From an uncultured Pseudomonadota bacterium (lineage in GTDB: Bacteria; Oederibacteriota; Muellerivitia; Muellerivitales; Muellerivitaceae), in contig CAVYRH010000005.1 of NCBI GenBank assembly GCA_963770835.1, positions 224,001 to 288,000 on the forward strand: a stretch of 64,000 nt of DNA, read 5' to 3'. Each line of letters begins with the position of its first letter. Position 1 is the stretch's first letter. The position numbers and the translations under genes were made by a program. Below, piece by piece: positions 19,722-30,001 of this stretch. Below the pieces are notes generated by a model that was not told the origin of the DNA, did no database searches, and saw only the letters and a program-made list of their open reading frames with translations.

Positions 19722-20051
19722 ATGGATTTATTTAAGTTCGACAAAATTCTTATCTCGGAGTTTCTTGAAAAGGGCTATTTCGATTGGAGATTGCATGCCT
19801 TAGAAAGGGCGGCGGAACGAAGTATTTCGCAGGATAAAGTGCTGGAGATACTTCGCCAATGGGATGTGCTGGAAAAGGAATATAATCGAAAGCCTTTTCC
19901 AACGGCCTTGGTTATAGGCTGGAATGGACAACAGCCGATTCACGTTGTTGTTGCCATAGATGAAGCCCTGGAATGGGTGTATATTATTACCGTGTATGAA
20001 CCGGACTTGGACCATTTTGAGCCAGGTTTCCGGGCGAGGAAAAAGCCATGA
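19722..20051 (+). CDS. DUF4258-family protein (putative toxin)
   Basis: HALERAAERSI, PFPTALVIG, PIHVVVA, IITVYEPD...F..R; paired with a YgiT-type Zn finger gene. Confidence 0.85.
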   Translation: MDLFKFDKILISEFLEKGYFDWRLHALERAAERSISQDKVLEILRQWDVLEKEYNRKPFPTALVIGWNGQQPIHVVVAIDEALEWVYIITVYEPDLDHFEPGFRARKKP

Positions 20052-20284
20052 CGACAAAAACAGCCGGAAAAATCTGCCCCCTTTGCGGGGGAACCAAAAA
20101 ACCTGGGAAGGCCACTTTCACTGTTGAGACGGGGGAAGGGGTTGTTGTGGTTCGAAATGTTCCAGCCGAAATTTGCGATTTGTGCGGGGAAGAATGGATT
20201 GCCGCCAATGCCGCGAAAGAACTTGAAGCCCATGTTGAAAGCGCCCGCCAAAAACACCTTCAAGTTGAAGTTGTGCCTTTTTGA
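20048..20284 (+). CDS. YgiT-type zinc finger protein (MqsA N-terminal-like, putative antitoxin)
   Basis: CPLCGG...VVVVRNVPAEICDLCGEE. Confidence 0.88.
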   Translation: MTTKTAGKICPLCGGTKKPGKATFTVETGEGVVVVRNVPAEICDLCGEEWIAANAAKELEAHVESARQKHLQVEVVPF

Positions 20285-20323
20285 TTTAATTCCCGTTTAG
20301 TCCGCTTGTAATAGGAGTAAATA

Positions 20324-22120
20324 TTGGTTCGGAAATTTCTCCTAATTCCTTTATTTCTTTTTTGGGGGATTCCTTTTCAGGCCGAATCTCAGTCTGGCGA
20401 AGTTGTCAAACCGACTTTAGACCCATTGATATACATAAAATCAAAAGAAGGTGTTTTGCACCAGGATGTCAGGAACATTCGGGATATTGCCTTGGACTTC
20501 GCCGGCAATATTTTCCTCTTGGATTCCTTTCACCTGGGTGTTCAAAAGTTTACCAATGATGGCCATTTTTTAACGAATTGGGGTGCGACGACCGATAAAT
20601 CCAAACGTATAGGTGATAGCCTAGCCATCGACCCAAAAGGAAACCTCTATCTTTTAACGATGAAAGGTGTTGTTTTTAAATACACGAATAAAGGTGTTCC
20701 TCTTCAACAATATGCCCCAAAGGAAATAGAGCCGGGACAGTATGAGGGGACTACTTCCATCCGTTTTTCGAACGGACACTTTTTTATTTTGGACAGGTAT
20801 CATTGTAAGGTCCAGATTTTTGACCAGGATTTCCATTATCTATCCTCCTTTGAACTTCCATCCGAACTCCGTGATTCAGGCCGCATGAAATACTGCCTTT
20901 GCCGCAATATGGCCGTAGACAGCTTGGAGAATATCTACCTGGACAGCAAAGGGGAGATCGATAAGTACGATAAGAACGGGAAACTCCTAAAACGGGTTGG
21001 TTATCCAGGCAACGGGCATGGGGAATTCATGGGGATTAATGGGATAGCTGTTGGTTCGATGGATCGTATTTATGTTATCGACCGGGGCCGAATCCAGGTT
21101 TTTGACGATGATTTAAATTTTTTGATGCAATTCAAACCCCGTGAAATGGTCCAACACCTAGCCATTGATGGCCATGGCTACATTTACACTGCCGGTTTGG
21201 AAGAGAGTGTGGAGAAGTTCGCTAAGTATGACGGCCCCTTCATTCTGAAAAATGCAGAGGAATTTACAAAGTATTCCGATGACCACAATAGCCCGGATTA
21301 TCCACTCCTCGAAGTCGGTCCGGACGGAAAAATCCCGCCGACCTTTTGGAGATACTCTCCTAGGATAGAAAAAGTCACCAGCGAACTTAAAACAGTTAAT
21401 TCAAAAGATGATTTGATCGTATTTGGGAAAAAATATTCCAAATTCAGTGGCCAGGATAGCGACGAAGATACTTCTCCGGACAAGGGTGAATTCTTAAAAA
21501 AGCTCAAAGAGATGGGGTTCATCCCGGAAGCGGGAACCGAGTCCGGTTTCTTCCAGTTCAAAGAAATCCAAAGCCCCCATCTTTACTACTGGTGTTTCAA
21601 CGATTTGGTTTATGGGATTTTCCCCGAAGACCCACATCAAGCGGTGGAAATAACCCGGTTTCCCGGTAAATTTACCGGAGTTTGGCGTATCAACGAAGTT
21701 ATTTCTGCGGAAAAAATGGGGCCAGGCTGTTACCGATTTTCAAAGAGTGAATCAGGGAAATACGAGCCGAGCTCCACCCTAACGATTTCGGACGTGGATT
21801 TGAACCGGAAGAAAATGGATGCTTATTCATCCGAAGGTTATCTGAAAGACCTGGATCATAACGGCAAGAATGAGTGGATTTATTACTTGAGCACCGGGGA
21901 CAAGTTTGAAATTTTCCTTTGGCCCTATGTCTTTTCCTGGGACGGACAATCTTGGGCAAATGTCAGCGCCACTTACCCCATCTTTTATAAGACTGAGGCC
22001 TTTGAAAACCTGAAATCTGTTGAAAAATGTTGCGTCGGCCAATATTACACTGACCCGAAATTGGTTGCCTTGTTGGAACAGGCCGCCTTGGCGGGCGGCC
22101 CCAGCGCGTTTAGTAAATAA
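20324..22120 (+). CDS. Secreted NHL-repeat (beta-propeller) protein
   Basis: Signal peptide, NHL repeats (DIALDFAGNIFLLD, GEFMGINGIAV..DRIYVID), C-terminal DLDHNGKNE motif. Confidence 0.8.
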   Translation: MVRKFLLIPLFLFWGIPFQAESQSGEVVKPTLDPLIYIKSKEGVLHQDVRNIRDIALDFAGNIFLLDSFHLGVQKFTNDGHFLTNWGATTDKSKRIGDSLAIDPKGNLYLLTMKGVVFKYTNKGVPLQQYAPKEIEPGQYEGTTSIRFSNGHFFILDRYHCKVQIFDQDFHYLSSFELPSELRDSGRMKYCLCRNMAVDSLENIYLDSKGEIDKYDKNGKLLKRVGYPGNGHGEFMGINGIAVGSMDRIYVIDRGRIQVFDDDLNFLMQFKPREMVQHLAIDGHGYIYTAGLEESVEKFAKYDGPFILKNAEEFTKYSDDHNSPDYPLLEVGPDGKIPPTFWRYSPRIEKVTSELKTVNSKDDLIVFGKKYSKFSGQDSDEDTSPDKGEFLKKLKEMGFIPEAGTESGFFQFKEIQSPHLYYWCFNDLVYGIFPEDPHQAVEITRFPGKFTGVWRINEVISAEKMGPGCYRFSKSESGKYEPSSTLTISDVDLNRKKMDAYSSEGYLKDLDHNGKNEWIYYLSTGDKFEIFLWPYVFSWDGQSWANVSATYPIFYKTEAFENLKSVEKCCVGQYYTDPKLVALLEQAALAGGPSAFSK

Positions 22121-22332
22121 ACTGGATGTGCAGCCGTGTCATATACGTGTCAAACTCAACCATGCTTTACCGTGCTTGACCATCCCTTACTGCCATTGAC
22201 CGTCACTTGAAAAAAAGGCCCTTGCCCCCGCAGGTCGTAAAACCGTTGAGAACAAAGGCCTTTAAAAATGTGCTGGGGACTGATAAATTTTAATAAACAA
22301 TCTAAAAGAGCTTCCGAATATGGTCCGTGTGA

Positions 22333-22377
22333 TTTACACGCAGGGGGTCACAGGTTCGAATCCTGTTTCGCCCACCA
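22333..22377 (+). repeat. attR of element 2: tRNA-Val 3' half
   Basis: TTTACACGCAGGGGGTCACAGGTTCGAATCCTGTTTCGCCCACCA. Confidence 0.95.
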
Positions 22378-22568
22378 AGTTTTGCTTCCTGATTCGATAT
22401 GAAAGTTGACGAAGTTTGGCCCCTTCGGCCTTGGTGAAGGAGAGGCGGCCTTTGATTGCAGCTAAGGTTGACGAACACTTTTATATTCCCCGGTTTGGCT
22501 TGTTTTTTTGGGGGTTTTCGTTAAAATTGCAAACCTCGGATTTGAGCCGAGAAGTGATGTTTAAGGTT

Positions 22569-22644
22569 GGGGGCGTAGCTCAGCTGGGAGAGCACTTCCA
22601 TGGCATGGAAGGGGTCGTGGGTTCGATCCCCATCGCCTCCACCA
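22569..22644 (+). tRNA. tRNA-Ala(GGC)
   Basis: G3-U70 pair, anticodon arm CTTCC-ATGGCAT-GGAAG, CCA. Confidence 0.96.
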
Positions 22645-22673
22645 ATCATTATTAAAATGGTTTTTTAGTTAAT

Positions 22674-22698
22674 GCCCGCTAGTCCGGCGGGCTTTTTT
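22674..22698 (+). terminator. Intrinsic terminator after tRNA-Ala
   Basis: GCCCGC-tagtccg-GCGGGC-TTTTTT. Confidence 0.7.
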
Positions 22699-25345
22699 GT
22701 TACGGTTGATTTGGAGAATTATGGACCAGCGGAATCAGGCTTCGGGCATTCGGTCGACAGCCGGGTTTTGGCTATTCCTTATTTGGCTAATAACCTGCCT
22801 ATTTCTTTTCTTCTGGAAGATACCGCCGCATCCCATCCAAAGTTTCCTCTACCTGATTTACTCCTTCAAATATTCCGAGTGGACCTGGCCTTCAGTGCTT
22901 ACCGCTTGGATTCACCACGGCCTGTTTTTAATTTCCTTCATTGGAACATTCCTTGTTTTCAGCCGGACCGGCAATCATCTCTTGCAGTGGATCCGCCCGG
23001 AGAATTGGATTCACCTTGAGACTTGGGTATGGTCTCTTGCATTGGGATTCGGGTTTTGGGGGCTTTTGGCGGAAAGCCTAGCTTTTGAAAATATTTTGTA
23101 TCCCGTGTTATTGAAGGCCCTCATGATACTGGCCTTAACTGTTTTTCTTTTATTTGAGCGGAAGAAGGCCTTTCAAGGGTGCTGGCCCTTCATTGGAAAG
23201 CTCGAAATGCCGTCCTTTTGGTTATGGCCCCTCGCCGTGGTTATCCTTTTAAGCCTTTCCAATTTATTGGCTCCGGAAATGAGTTGGGATGCCATTACCT
23301 ATCAGCTGATCCTTCCGAAGTTTTATCTCATGAAGCACGGTTTTTATCCGGTAACCGGTATTGTGCCCGCTCATTATCCGTCATTGGGGCAGATGATTTT
23401 TTCTTGGGGACTGCTTTGGAACGACGATTCTTTGGCCCGGTCCTTTGGTTTTTTGGCCCATCTAGGAACCGCATTGGCGCTGGCATCTATTGGAAGCCGT
23501 CTTTTAACACCCAAGATTGGTTGGACCGCAGGAATCTTCTACTGGGTTTTTCCTTATTTGAATATCTTTTCGACGCGTGGATATGTTGATCTTTTCGTGG
23601 GCTTCTATTCAGTCTTGGGTTTGGGCTATCTGATGGTTTTTAAGAAATCCGGAAACAATATTGAAAATAACTCCTGGGGGATGCTTGCGGTTACCGCATT
23701 AGGCTTTATTTGGGCTATTAAATACAACGCCGTTTCATTCTGGCTGGCGGGCATCCTGCTTTTTCACGTTGCCGCTAAGGGCTACAAGACTAATTTACCC
23801 ACGGCCGTTTGGTTGTGGGGAACACCCTTATTTTTCTTTGGGCCTTGGGCGCTTAAAAGCTTGGTTTACACCTCGAATCCCATTTATCCTCATCTTTCGG
23901 GGTTGTTCCATACCTTCGATTGGACCGCGTTTGATGCCAAAACATCAGCCATAAAATTTCATGTTGAGGGCTTGGAAGGTTTAGCGAAACTCCCATCCAT
24001 GGTTTGGAAAATTGTTTTTGAAAATTATGCAGGGGCGCCAAATGAAGAGGTGAGTCTTGTTCCGCTCGTTCTTTTGCCGGTGCTGTTAACATTGTTGGTT
24101 TTTAAATGGAGGGAGCTTCGCTGGAAGTGGCCGTTTTTGGTGGCAATTGGGATACCTTTCTTTTTTTGGCTAATCACTACCCATCAATTGCGATTGATAT
24201 CGGGAACCATTGCTTTGGCCTCGATTCCACTAGCGGTGGCTTACCAGTGGGCCGTAAACCGACGGGCACCCTTTGAGAGGATATTGAATGTGCTGATGGG
24301 GGGGGTATTTTGGGTTTGTACTTTTTACCTATTCCAAGGGCTTGCCAACCAGCCGACCCCTTTTGCCTGTTCCCTGGGTTTTCAAACCCGGGATGAATTC
24401 CTGAGCCGAGTTTTGCGGCCCGAGGGCTATGTTTCGGTCGCCAATACCCTCAACCAAACATTGCCCTCCGACGCTAGGGTTTTGATCATCGGACAACAAA
24501 ACGGTTATTATTTGGACCGGATATCCTCTTACGACTTTGACTATACCTATCCGGTTTTAAAAAAATGGTCCGAGAAGTCATCTAGTCCTGAAGAGCTTTA
24601 CCGGAAATTCAAGGAAAATGGCTTTACGCATATCCTTTACAATGCCAATGCCATGCTGGGAACCGCCATACGGGTAGATGAGTTGGGTGTGGATCGCTAT
24701 CCTTGGACACCGCTGGAGCTCAAGAACTACGAGCAATTTTTCCTGAAATTTACCCGCAAAATTCCTTTGCCGGTAGGAAATGGCTATTCTCTTTATGAAG
24801 TTAGGCCGAGAGAGGGATTTTCGGATCTTCCTGACTTTCTCCCCGGAACGGAGCGTTATTACGTTAAAAATATGCAGGAAGTCATGGGTTTGCCCCGCGT
24901 GTCGGATCTTGTCGGGAAACCGATCCCTTCCGATGTTTACCTTCAAACTTACCTGCGGGTGTCTAACCAGTACCCGGAAATAGGCCTTCCGTGTTTTCAA
25001 TCGGCTTTTGGCACTTTGGGTGTTTCCCCGGCGGATACTCGCCAAGCGTTGCAAATGGGCCGCAAGGGATTTGAGAGAAACGGCGATGAATCGGCGTGGG
25101 ACGCCTTGCAGGGGGATTATTGCTTGGCTCAAAAGAAAACATCACAAGCCGTTACATTTCTGGAACGGGCTCAGCATTTGAGCCCGGAAAGGGAGGACGT
25201 CGCTAGGAATTTGGCGGTCGCTTACTATAATGAGCACAACCTGCAAAAAGCAGTGGAAGAAGCAGATCGGGCTGTAGCCTTGGCACCCTTTTCACAAGAA
25301 TATCAAGAGCTAGCCCAACAGTTGCAATCTTTGATGAAACGTTAA
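22697..25345 (+). CDS. Multi-pass GT-C-type (PMT/ArnT-like) glycosyltransferase with C-terminal TPR
   Basis: Many TM helices, PEMSWDAITYQL loop, YVDL, KY, NPIYP motifs; TPR tail. Confidence 0.65.
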   Translation: MLRLIWRIMDQRNQASGIRSTAGFWLFLIWLITCLFLFFWKIPPHPIQSFLYLIYSFKYSEWTWPSVLTAWIHHGLFLISFIGTFLVFSRTGNHLLQWIRPENWIHLETWVWSLALGFGFWGLLAESLAFENILYPVLLKALMILALTVFLLFERKKAFQGCWPFIGKLEMPSFWLWPLAVVILLSLSNLLAPEMSWDAITYQLILPKFYLMKHGFYPVTGIVPAHYPSLGQMIFSWGLLWNDDSLARSFGFLAHLGTALALASIGSRLLTPKIGWTAGIFYWVFPYLNIFSTRGYVDLFVGFYSVLGLGYLMVFKKSGNNIENNSWGMLAVTALGFIWAIKYNAVSFWLAGILLFHVAAKGYKTNLPTAVWLWGTPLFFFGPWALKSLVYTSNPIYPHLSGLFHTFDWTAFDAKTSAIKFHVEGLEGLAKLPSMVWKIVFENYAGAPNEEVSLVPLVLLPVLLTLLVFKWRELRWKWPFLVAIGIPFFFWLITTHQLRLISGTIALASIPLAVAYQWAVNRRAPFERILNVLMGGVFWVCTFYLFQGLANQPTPFACSLGFQTRDEFLSRVLRPEGYVSVANTLNQTLPSDARVLIIGQQNGYYLDRISSYDFDYTYPVLKKWSEKSSSPEELYRKFKENGFTHILYNANAMLGTAIRVDELGVDRYPWTPLELKNYEQFFLKFTRKIPLPVGNGYSLYEVRPREGFSDLPDFLPGTERYYVKNMQEVMGLPRVSDLVGKPIPSDVYLQTYLRVSNQYPEIGLPCFQSAFGTLGVSPADTRQALQMGRKGFERNGDESAWDALQGDYCLAQKKTSQAVTFLERAQHLSPEREDVARNLAVAYYNEHNLQKAVEEADRAVALAPFSQEYQELAQQLQSLMKR

Positions 25346-25361
25346 TGTTTTAGGAACCCAA

Positions 25362-26507
25362 ATGAGAACTCGCGAACAACTTGAACAATTGGAAGACCAG
25401 GCTTTGGTTTCCTACGCCCAAAGGTCCAGCCAAAGCCGGGGCCGTCAATACCCGGAACCGGAGCATGCGTATCGCACAGCCTTCCAACGGGACCGCGACC
25501 GTATTATTCACGCTTCCGCCTTCCGCCGCCTTCAATATAAGACCCAGGTGTTCGTCAACCACGAGGGGGATTATTACCGCACCCGCATCACCCATACCAT
25601 GGAAGTGGCCCAGATCGCCCGGTCCATTGCGAGGAGTTTGGGGTTGAACCAGGATTTAACCGAGGCCATCGCCCTGGCCCATGACCTAGGCCATACCCCT
25701 TTCGGCCATTCGGGCGAAAAAGTCTTGAATGAGATCATGAAAAACGACGGCGGGTTCGAGCATAACGCCCAAAGCTACCGGATTGTCACTCACTTGGAGG
25801 ACAAATATCCCGATTTTAAAGGCCTAAATCTTTCCTACGAAGTTTTGGAGGGAGTGGACAAACACCGAACCCGTTACGATCGTCCCGGTGGGGACGGAGA
25901 GCAATACACCATGGAAGCCCAGATCGTGGACTTGGCCGATGAAATCGCCTATACCTCCCACGATGTCGACGACGGACTCACTTCCGGCCTTTTGGAATTT
26001 GAAGGGTTGGAGGCGCTTGCACTTTGGAAAAGAAACCTAGAGAAGGTGAAATCGCAGCATCCCCATTTGGTCCGGGATAAGGTCAAGTATCAGACGGTAA
26101 GATTTCTCATCAATGAACAGGTAACGGACTTATTGGAAGAAACGGGCAAGCGGATCGAAAAGTTCGGGGTCAAATCCATGGAAGAGGTAAGGCGTTGTCC
26201 GGAAGAATTGGCTGCCTTTTCTCTTGAATTTCGCCAAGAGTTTTTGGAGATGAAGCGATACCTGTTCCAGAATATGTACCGTCATTCTCGGGTTACCCGA
26301 ATGGAGGGAAAGTCGGCCAAGGTTATACAGGAACTGTTTAAAATTTATGAATCCAATCCCGGTATCCTTCCCAACAACACACGTGAAAAGATCAAGGCCA
26401 ACTCAGAGCCGCTCCGCCGCATCATTTGTGATTACATCGCGGGTATGACCGACCGTTTCGCCATTGAGGAATATGAAAAACTGACCGAACCGTCCATTCG
26501 GGTTTAA
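25362..26507 (+). CDS. dgt: dGTP triphosphohydrolase
   Basis: RTAFQRDRDRIIH, KTQVF, HDLGHTPFGHSGE, DYIAGMTDRFA. Confidence 0.96.
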   Translation: MRTREQLEQLEDQALVSYAQRSSQSRGRQYPEPEHAYRTAFQRDRDRIIHASAFRRLQYKTQVFVNHEGDYYRTRITHTMEVAQIARSIARSLGLNQDLTEAIALAHDLGHTPFGHSGEKVLNEIMKNDGGFEHNAQSYRIVTHLEDKYPDFKGLNLSYEVLEGVDKHRTRYDRPGGDGEQYTMEAQIVDLADEIAYTSHDVDDGLTSGLLEFEGLEALALWKRNLEKVKSQHPHLVRDKVKYQTVRFLINEQVTDLLEETGKRIEKFGVKSMEEVRRCPEELAAFSLEFRQEFLEMKRYLFQNMYRHSRVTRMEGKSAKVIQELFKIYESNPGILPNNTREKIKANSEPLRRIICDYIAGMTDRFAIEEYEKLTEPSIRV

Positions 26508-26528
26508 AACCCCTCTGTTTTTGGCGGG

Positions 26529-26557
26529 TTGACAGCCCCTTTCCGGGACATTAAGAT
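26529..26557 (+). promoter_or_regulatory. Sigma70-type promoter of the arg-lysA operon
   Basis: TTGACA-N17-TAAGAT. Confidence 0.65.
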
Positions 26558-26569
26558 GCCTTCCTAGAT

Positions 26570-26628
26570 AAAAGTCCCCTGTAGCAAGGCGCCTTCGGCG
26601 TCGCGCTACAGGGGGCTTTTTCATTTTT
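26570..26628 (+). terminator. Terminator-like hairpin in the argD leader
   Basis: AAAAGTCCCCTGTAGC...GCTACAGGGGGCTTTT plus T tract. Confidence 0.6.
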
Positions 26629-26645
26629 CGGCACAGGAAAAAGAC

Positions 26646-27848
26646 ATGGATACGACCCAGATTATCCAAAGCGGCGATGACTATCTCCTACCGGTCTACA
26701 ACCGGCAAAAGATCGTCCTTATGCGCGGGCAGGGGGCCCATGTTTACGACTCCGAAAGGGCGGTTTACCTGGATTTTTTCTCGGGTATCGCGGTCAACGC
26801 CCTGGGCCAAGCCTACCCCGAGGTGGTGGAAGCCATCATCGAGGAAGCCAAGAAATTGGGCCATGTTTCCAACGTTTACTACAACGAACCCAACGTAAAG
26901 TTGGCCAAGCTTTTGTGCGACATTTCCTTCGCCCAAAAAGTGTTCTTCTGCAACTCGGGGACCGAAGCCATTGAGGCGGCCCTCAAATTGGCCCGGAAAC
27001 ATTTCAGAAGGGAAGGGAAGGATAAATTCGAAATCGTCAGTTTTTATCATTCCTTCCATGGAAGAACCTATGGTTCCATCTCAGCCACCGGGCAAGTGAA
27101 ATATCAGGAAGGCTTGGAGCCCCTCCTTCCGGGGATCAAGTTTGCCACTTTCAACAACATTGAGAGCGTCAAAGGCCTGTTGGGCGATAAAACCGCAGCT
27201 GTCCTGATCGAACCTATCCAATGCGAGGGTGGCATCCAGCCGGCCGACCCGAAGTTCATGAAAGAATTGCGGGAATTGACGCTCGAAAAAGGAGTTCTCC
27301 TCATCCTGGATGAGGTCCAAACCGGTATCGGCCGCACGGGCAAGATGTGGGCTTATGAACATTATGGTATCGAGCCCGACATGATGGCGTCGGCGAAAGC
27401 CCTTGGCGGCGGACTTCCTATGGGGGCCTTATTGGTCACCAATCAGGTGTCCCACGGCTTCAAGCCGGGGGACCATGCCTCTACCTTTGGGGGCAACCCT
27501 ATTGTGAGCGCGGCGGCTATTGCCAACATCGAAGCCATCATCGGCAAGGACCTCCTAGTTTTGGCGACCAAGCAGGGTGCCTATCTCAAACAAAAACTCC
27601 AAGCGGTTCAGAACGAATTCCCCCAGCTTTTTACCGAGATCCGGGGAATCGGCCTGGTTTTGGGCATGGAAATGACGCGGAAGGCCGCCTCTATGGTTTC
27701 CCAATGCGCCAGGCAGGGATTATTGGTTGGCTCCGCCCACGAGAACGTCCTTCGGTTCACGCCACCCTTAATTATCACCCAAGCGGATATCGACCAAGCC
27801 ATCGAAAAACTCCGCAAAGCGGCAATTGAAGAACTCAAGACGGCTTAA
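26646..27848 (+). CDS. argD: Acetylornithine aminotransferase
   Basis: FCNSGTEAIE, SFHGRT, DEVQTG, SAKALGGG, HASTFGGNP. Confidence 0.92.
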   Translation: MDTTQIIQSGDDYLLPVYNRQKIVLMRGQGAHVYDSERAVYLDFFSGIAVNALGQAYPEVVEAIIEEAKKLGHVSNVYYNEPNVKLAKLLCDISFAQKVFFCNSGTEAIEAALKLARKHFRREGKDKFEIVSFYHSFHGRTYGSISATGQVKYQEGLEPLLPGIKFATFNNIESVKGLLGDKTAAVLIEPIQCEGGIQPADPKFMKELRELTLEKGVLLILDEVQTGIGRTGKMWAYEHYGIEPDMMASAKALGGGLPMGALLVTNQVSHGFKPGDHASTFGGNPIVSAAAIANIEAIIGKDLLVLATKQGAYLKQKLQAVQNEFPQLFTEIRGIGLVLGMEMTRKAASMVSQCARQGLLVGSAHENVLRFTPPLIITQADIDQAIEKLRKAAIEELKTA

Positions 27849-27857
27849 GGATCATTC

Positions 27858-28793
27858 ATGCCCACCTCTCCCCGGCATTTATTGACATTGGAGGAATTTT
27901 CCCCAAAAGAGGTTATGGCCCTCTTGAGCCTGGCGGCGAAAATTAAAAAGTCGCCGGCGAAGTATCAAAAAGTCCTGGCGGGCCAATGCCTGGCCATGAT
28001 TTTCGACAAGAGCTCAGCACGGACCCGGATTTCCTTCGACGTCGGGATGTACCAGCTAGGCGGCCACGCCCTTTTCATCAATGGAAGCGAAATCCAAATC
28101 GGGAAGCGGGAATCCGTGGGCGACACGGCGAAAGTCTTGTCCCGCTATGTCCAGGGCATCATGATCCGGACCTTCGCCCATTCGATCGCGGAGGATTTGG
28201 CTAAGAATTCTGGAATCCCCATCATCAATGGATTGACCGACAGCCATCATCCCTGCCAAGTGCTGGCCGATCTCCAAACGGTCCTAGAGAAATTCGGAAA
28301 ACTGAAGGATCTCCAGTTGGTTTACGTCGGGGACGGAAACAACATGACCCACAGCCTCATGATCGGCGCCGCGAAAACGGGAATGCATTGCCGGGTCGTT
28401 TGCCCGCCGGGGTACGAACCGGATTCCATCATTCTGAAGTCGGCTCAAAAAGAAGGAAAACAAACCGGAAGTCGTATCGAGATTACCCATGAAATAAAGG
28501 GTTCGGCCAAGGGCGCGGATGTGGTTTATACCGACGTCTGGGCCAGCATGGGCCAGGAATCCGAAAAAGAAAAACGAGTCCGGGATTTCCAGGGGTACCA
28601 AGTGGATGAAAAACTAATGGCCGAATGCCCCAAGGCGCTTTTCCTTCATTGCCTGCCGGCGCACCGGGGCGAGGAAGTTTCGGCGGGGGTCATCGACGGT
28701 AAGCAATCCAAGGTTTGGGACCAGGCGGAAAACCGCCTGCATGCCCAAAAGGCCGTGCTGGTGACTTTGATGGGTAAAAGAGGTAAGTCATGA
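27858..28793 (+). CDS. argF: Ornithine carbamoyltransferase
   Basis: [30 protein letters not shown]. Confidence 0.96.
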   Translation: MPTSPRHLLTLEEFSPKEVMALLSLAAKIKKSPAKYQKVLAGQCLAMIFDKSSARTRISFDVGMYQLGGHALFINGSEIQIGKRESVGDTAKVLSRYVQGIMIRTFAHSIAEDLAKNSGIPIINGLTDSHHPCQVLADLQTVLEKFGKLKDLQLVYVGDGNNMTHSLMIGAAKTGMHCRVVCPPGYEPDSIILKSAQKEGKQTGSRIEITHEIKGSAKGADVVYTDVWASMGQESEKEKRVRDFQGYQVDEKLMAECPKALFLHCLPAHRGEEVSAGVIDGKQSKVWDQAENRLHAQKAVLVTLMGKRGKS

Positions 28794-30001
28794 AATCACA
28801 AGTGAAAAAAGTCGTATTGGCCTACTCGGGGGGGTTGGACACGTCCATCATTATTCCCTGGTTGAAAGAAAACTACCGTTGTGAAGTGGTGGCTTTTATC
28901 TCCGATGTTGGCCAGGGCAAAGAAATCGGCCCGGCAAAAGCGAAAGCCCTCCGGACCGGCGCGGTCAAGACGGTCGTCAAGGACCAGCGCAAGGAGTTCC
29001 TGGAGGAGTTTTGTTTTTCCGCGCTTCGCGCCCAGGCCAAGTACGAGGGTTCCTATCTTTTAGGAACCTCACTGGCAAGGCCTGTTATCGCGAGGGGACT
29101 TGTGGAGACCGCCTTGAAAGAAGGGGCAGATGCTATTGCCCATGGCGCAACGGGAAAAGGGAATGACCAAGTTCGCTTTGAGCTGACGGCGATGGCACTG
29201 GCGCCTCATTTAAAAATTATCGCGCCCTGGCGGGAATGGAAGATCAAGTCCAGGGAAGACGCCATCGATTACGCGGCCAAACACGGGGTTGAGGTTCCCG
29301 TGACGAAGAAAAGACCCTATTCCATGGATGGAAATCTCTGGCACCTGAGCCATGAGGGCGGGGAATTGGAAGACCCCTGGAATGCGCCTTCCAAGCATGT
29401 TTTTCTTACGACGAAAGACCCCGCCCAGGCCCCCAAAAAGCCCTTGAACCTCATTGTGAGTTTCAAAGGTGGCATTCCCGTTGGGTTAAATGGCAAAAAA
29501 ACGGCCTCGGTGGAGATCGTGGAGATACTGAACAAACAGGCGGCCGCCTATGGCATCGGCCGTATCGATCTGGTGGAAAACAGGCTAGTCGGAATGAAAA
29601 GCCGGGGTGTCTATGAGTCCCCTGGCGCCACGGTGCTTTATGAGGCCCACCGGGCCCTTCAAAGCCTGACAGTTGAAAGGGAGACCCTCCACTATGGCCA
29701 GGTGCTTTCGGTGAAATACGCCGAGTTGATCTACTACGGGCAATGGTTCTCGCCCCTGCGGGATAGCCTGGAGGCTTTCTTTGAGACAGCCCAGAAGAGC
29801 GTGACAGGTGACGTTCGGGTGGAATTGAATCCTGGCCGCGTGGTGGCCACGGGTGCCAGGTCGCCTTATTCCCTTTACCAGCAGGATTTGGCGACCTTTG
29901 GGGAAGATGCGGTTTATAACCAAAAAGATGCCGAGGGGTTTATCCGGTTGTTCGGATTGCCCATGAAAGTCGTGGGAATGGTGAAAAGGAAAAAGAAGTG
30001 A
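28790..30001 (+). CDS. argG: Argininosuccinate synthase
   Basis: [31 protein letters not shown]. Confidence 0.97.
   Translation: MKSQVKKVVLAYSGGLDTSIIIPWLKENYRCEVVAFISDVGQGKEIGPAKAKALRTGAVKTVVKDQRKEFLEEFCFSALRAQAKYEGSYLLGTSLARPVIARGLVETALKEGADAIAHGATGKGNDQVRFELTAMALAPHLKIIAPWREWKIKSREDAIDYAAKHGVEVPVTKKRPYSMDGNLWHLSHEGGELEDPWNAPSKHVFLTTKDPAQAPKKPLNLIVSFKGGIPVGLNGKKTASVEIVEILNKQAAAYGIGRIDLVENRLVGMKSRGVYESPGATVLYEAHRALQSLTVERETLHYGQVLSVKYAELIYYGQWFSPLRDSLEAFFETAQKSVTGDVRVELNPGRVVATGARSPYSLYQQDLATFGEDAVYNQKDAEGFIRLFGLPMKVVGMVKRKKK

Larger units (their letters stand above)
17323..22377. mobile_element. Small integrative element 2 (~5.05 kb) in tRNA-Val(TAC)
   Basis: 45-bp direct repeat (17323-17367 / 22333-22377, 1 mismatch), integrase, and architecture shared with element 1. 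Confidence 0.95.

Noticed and set aside
26572..26648. Arg-rich leader peptide CDS before argD
   Set aside because: The frame is preceded by TAA at 26569 and has no start codon; kept only as a weak finding.
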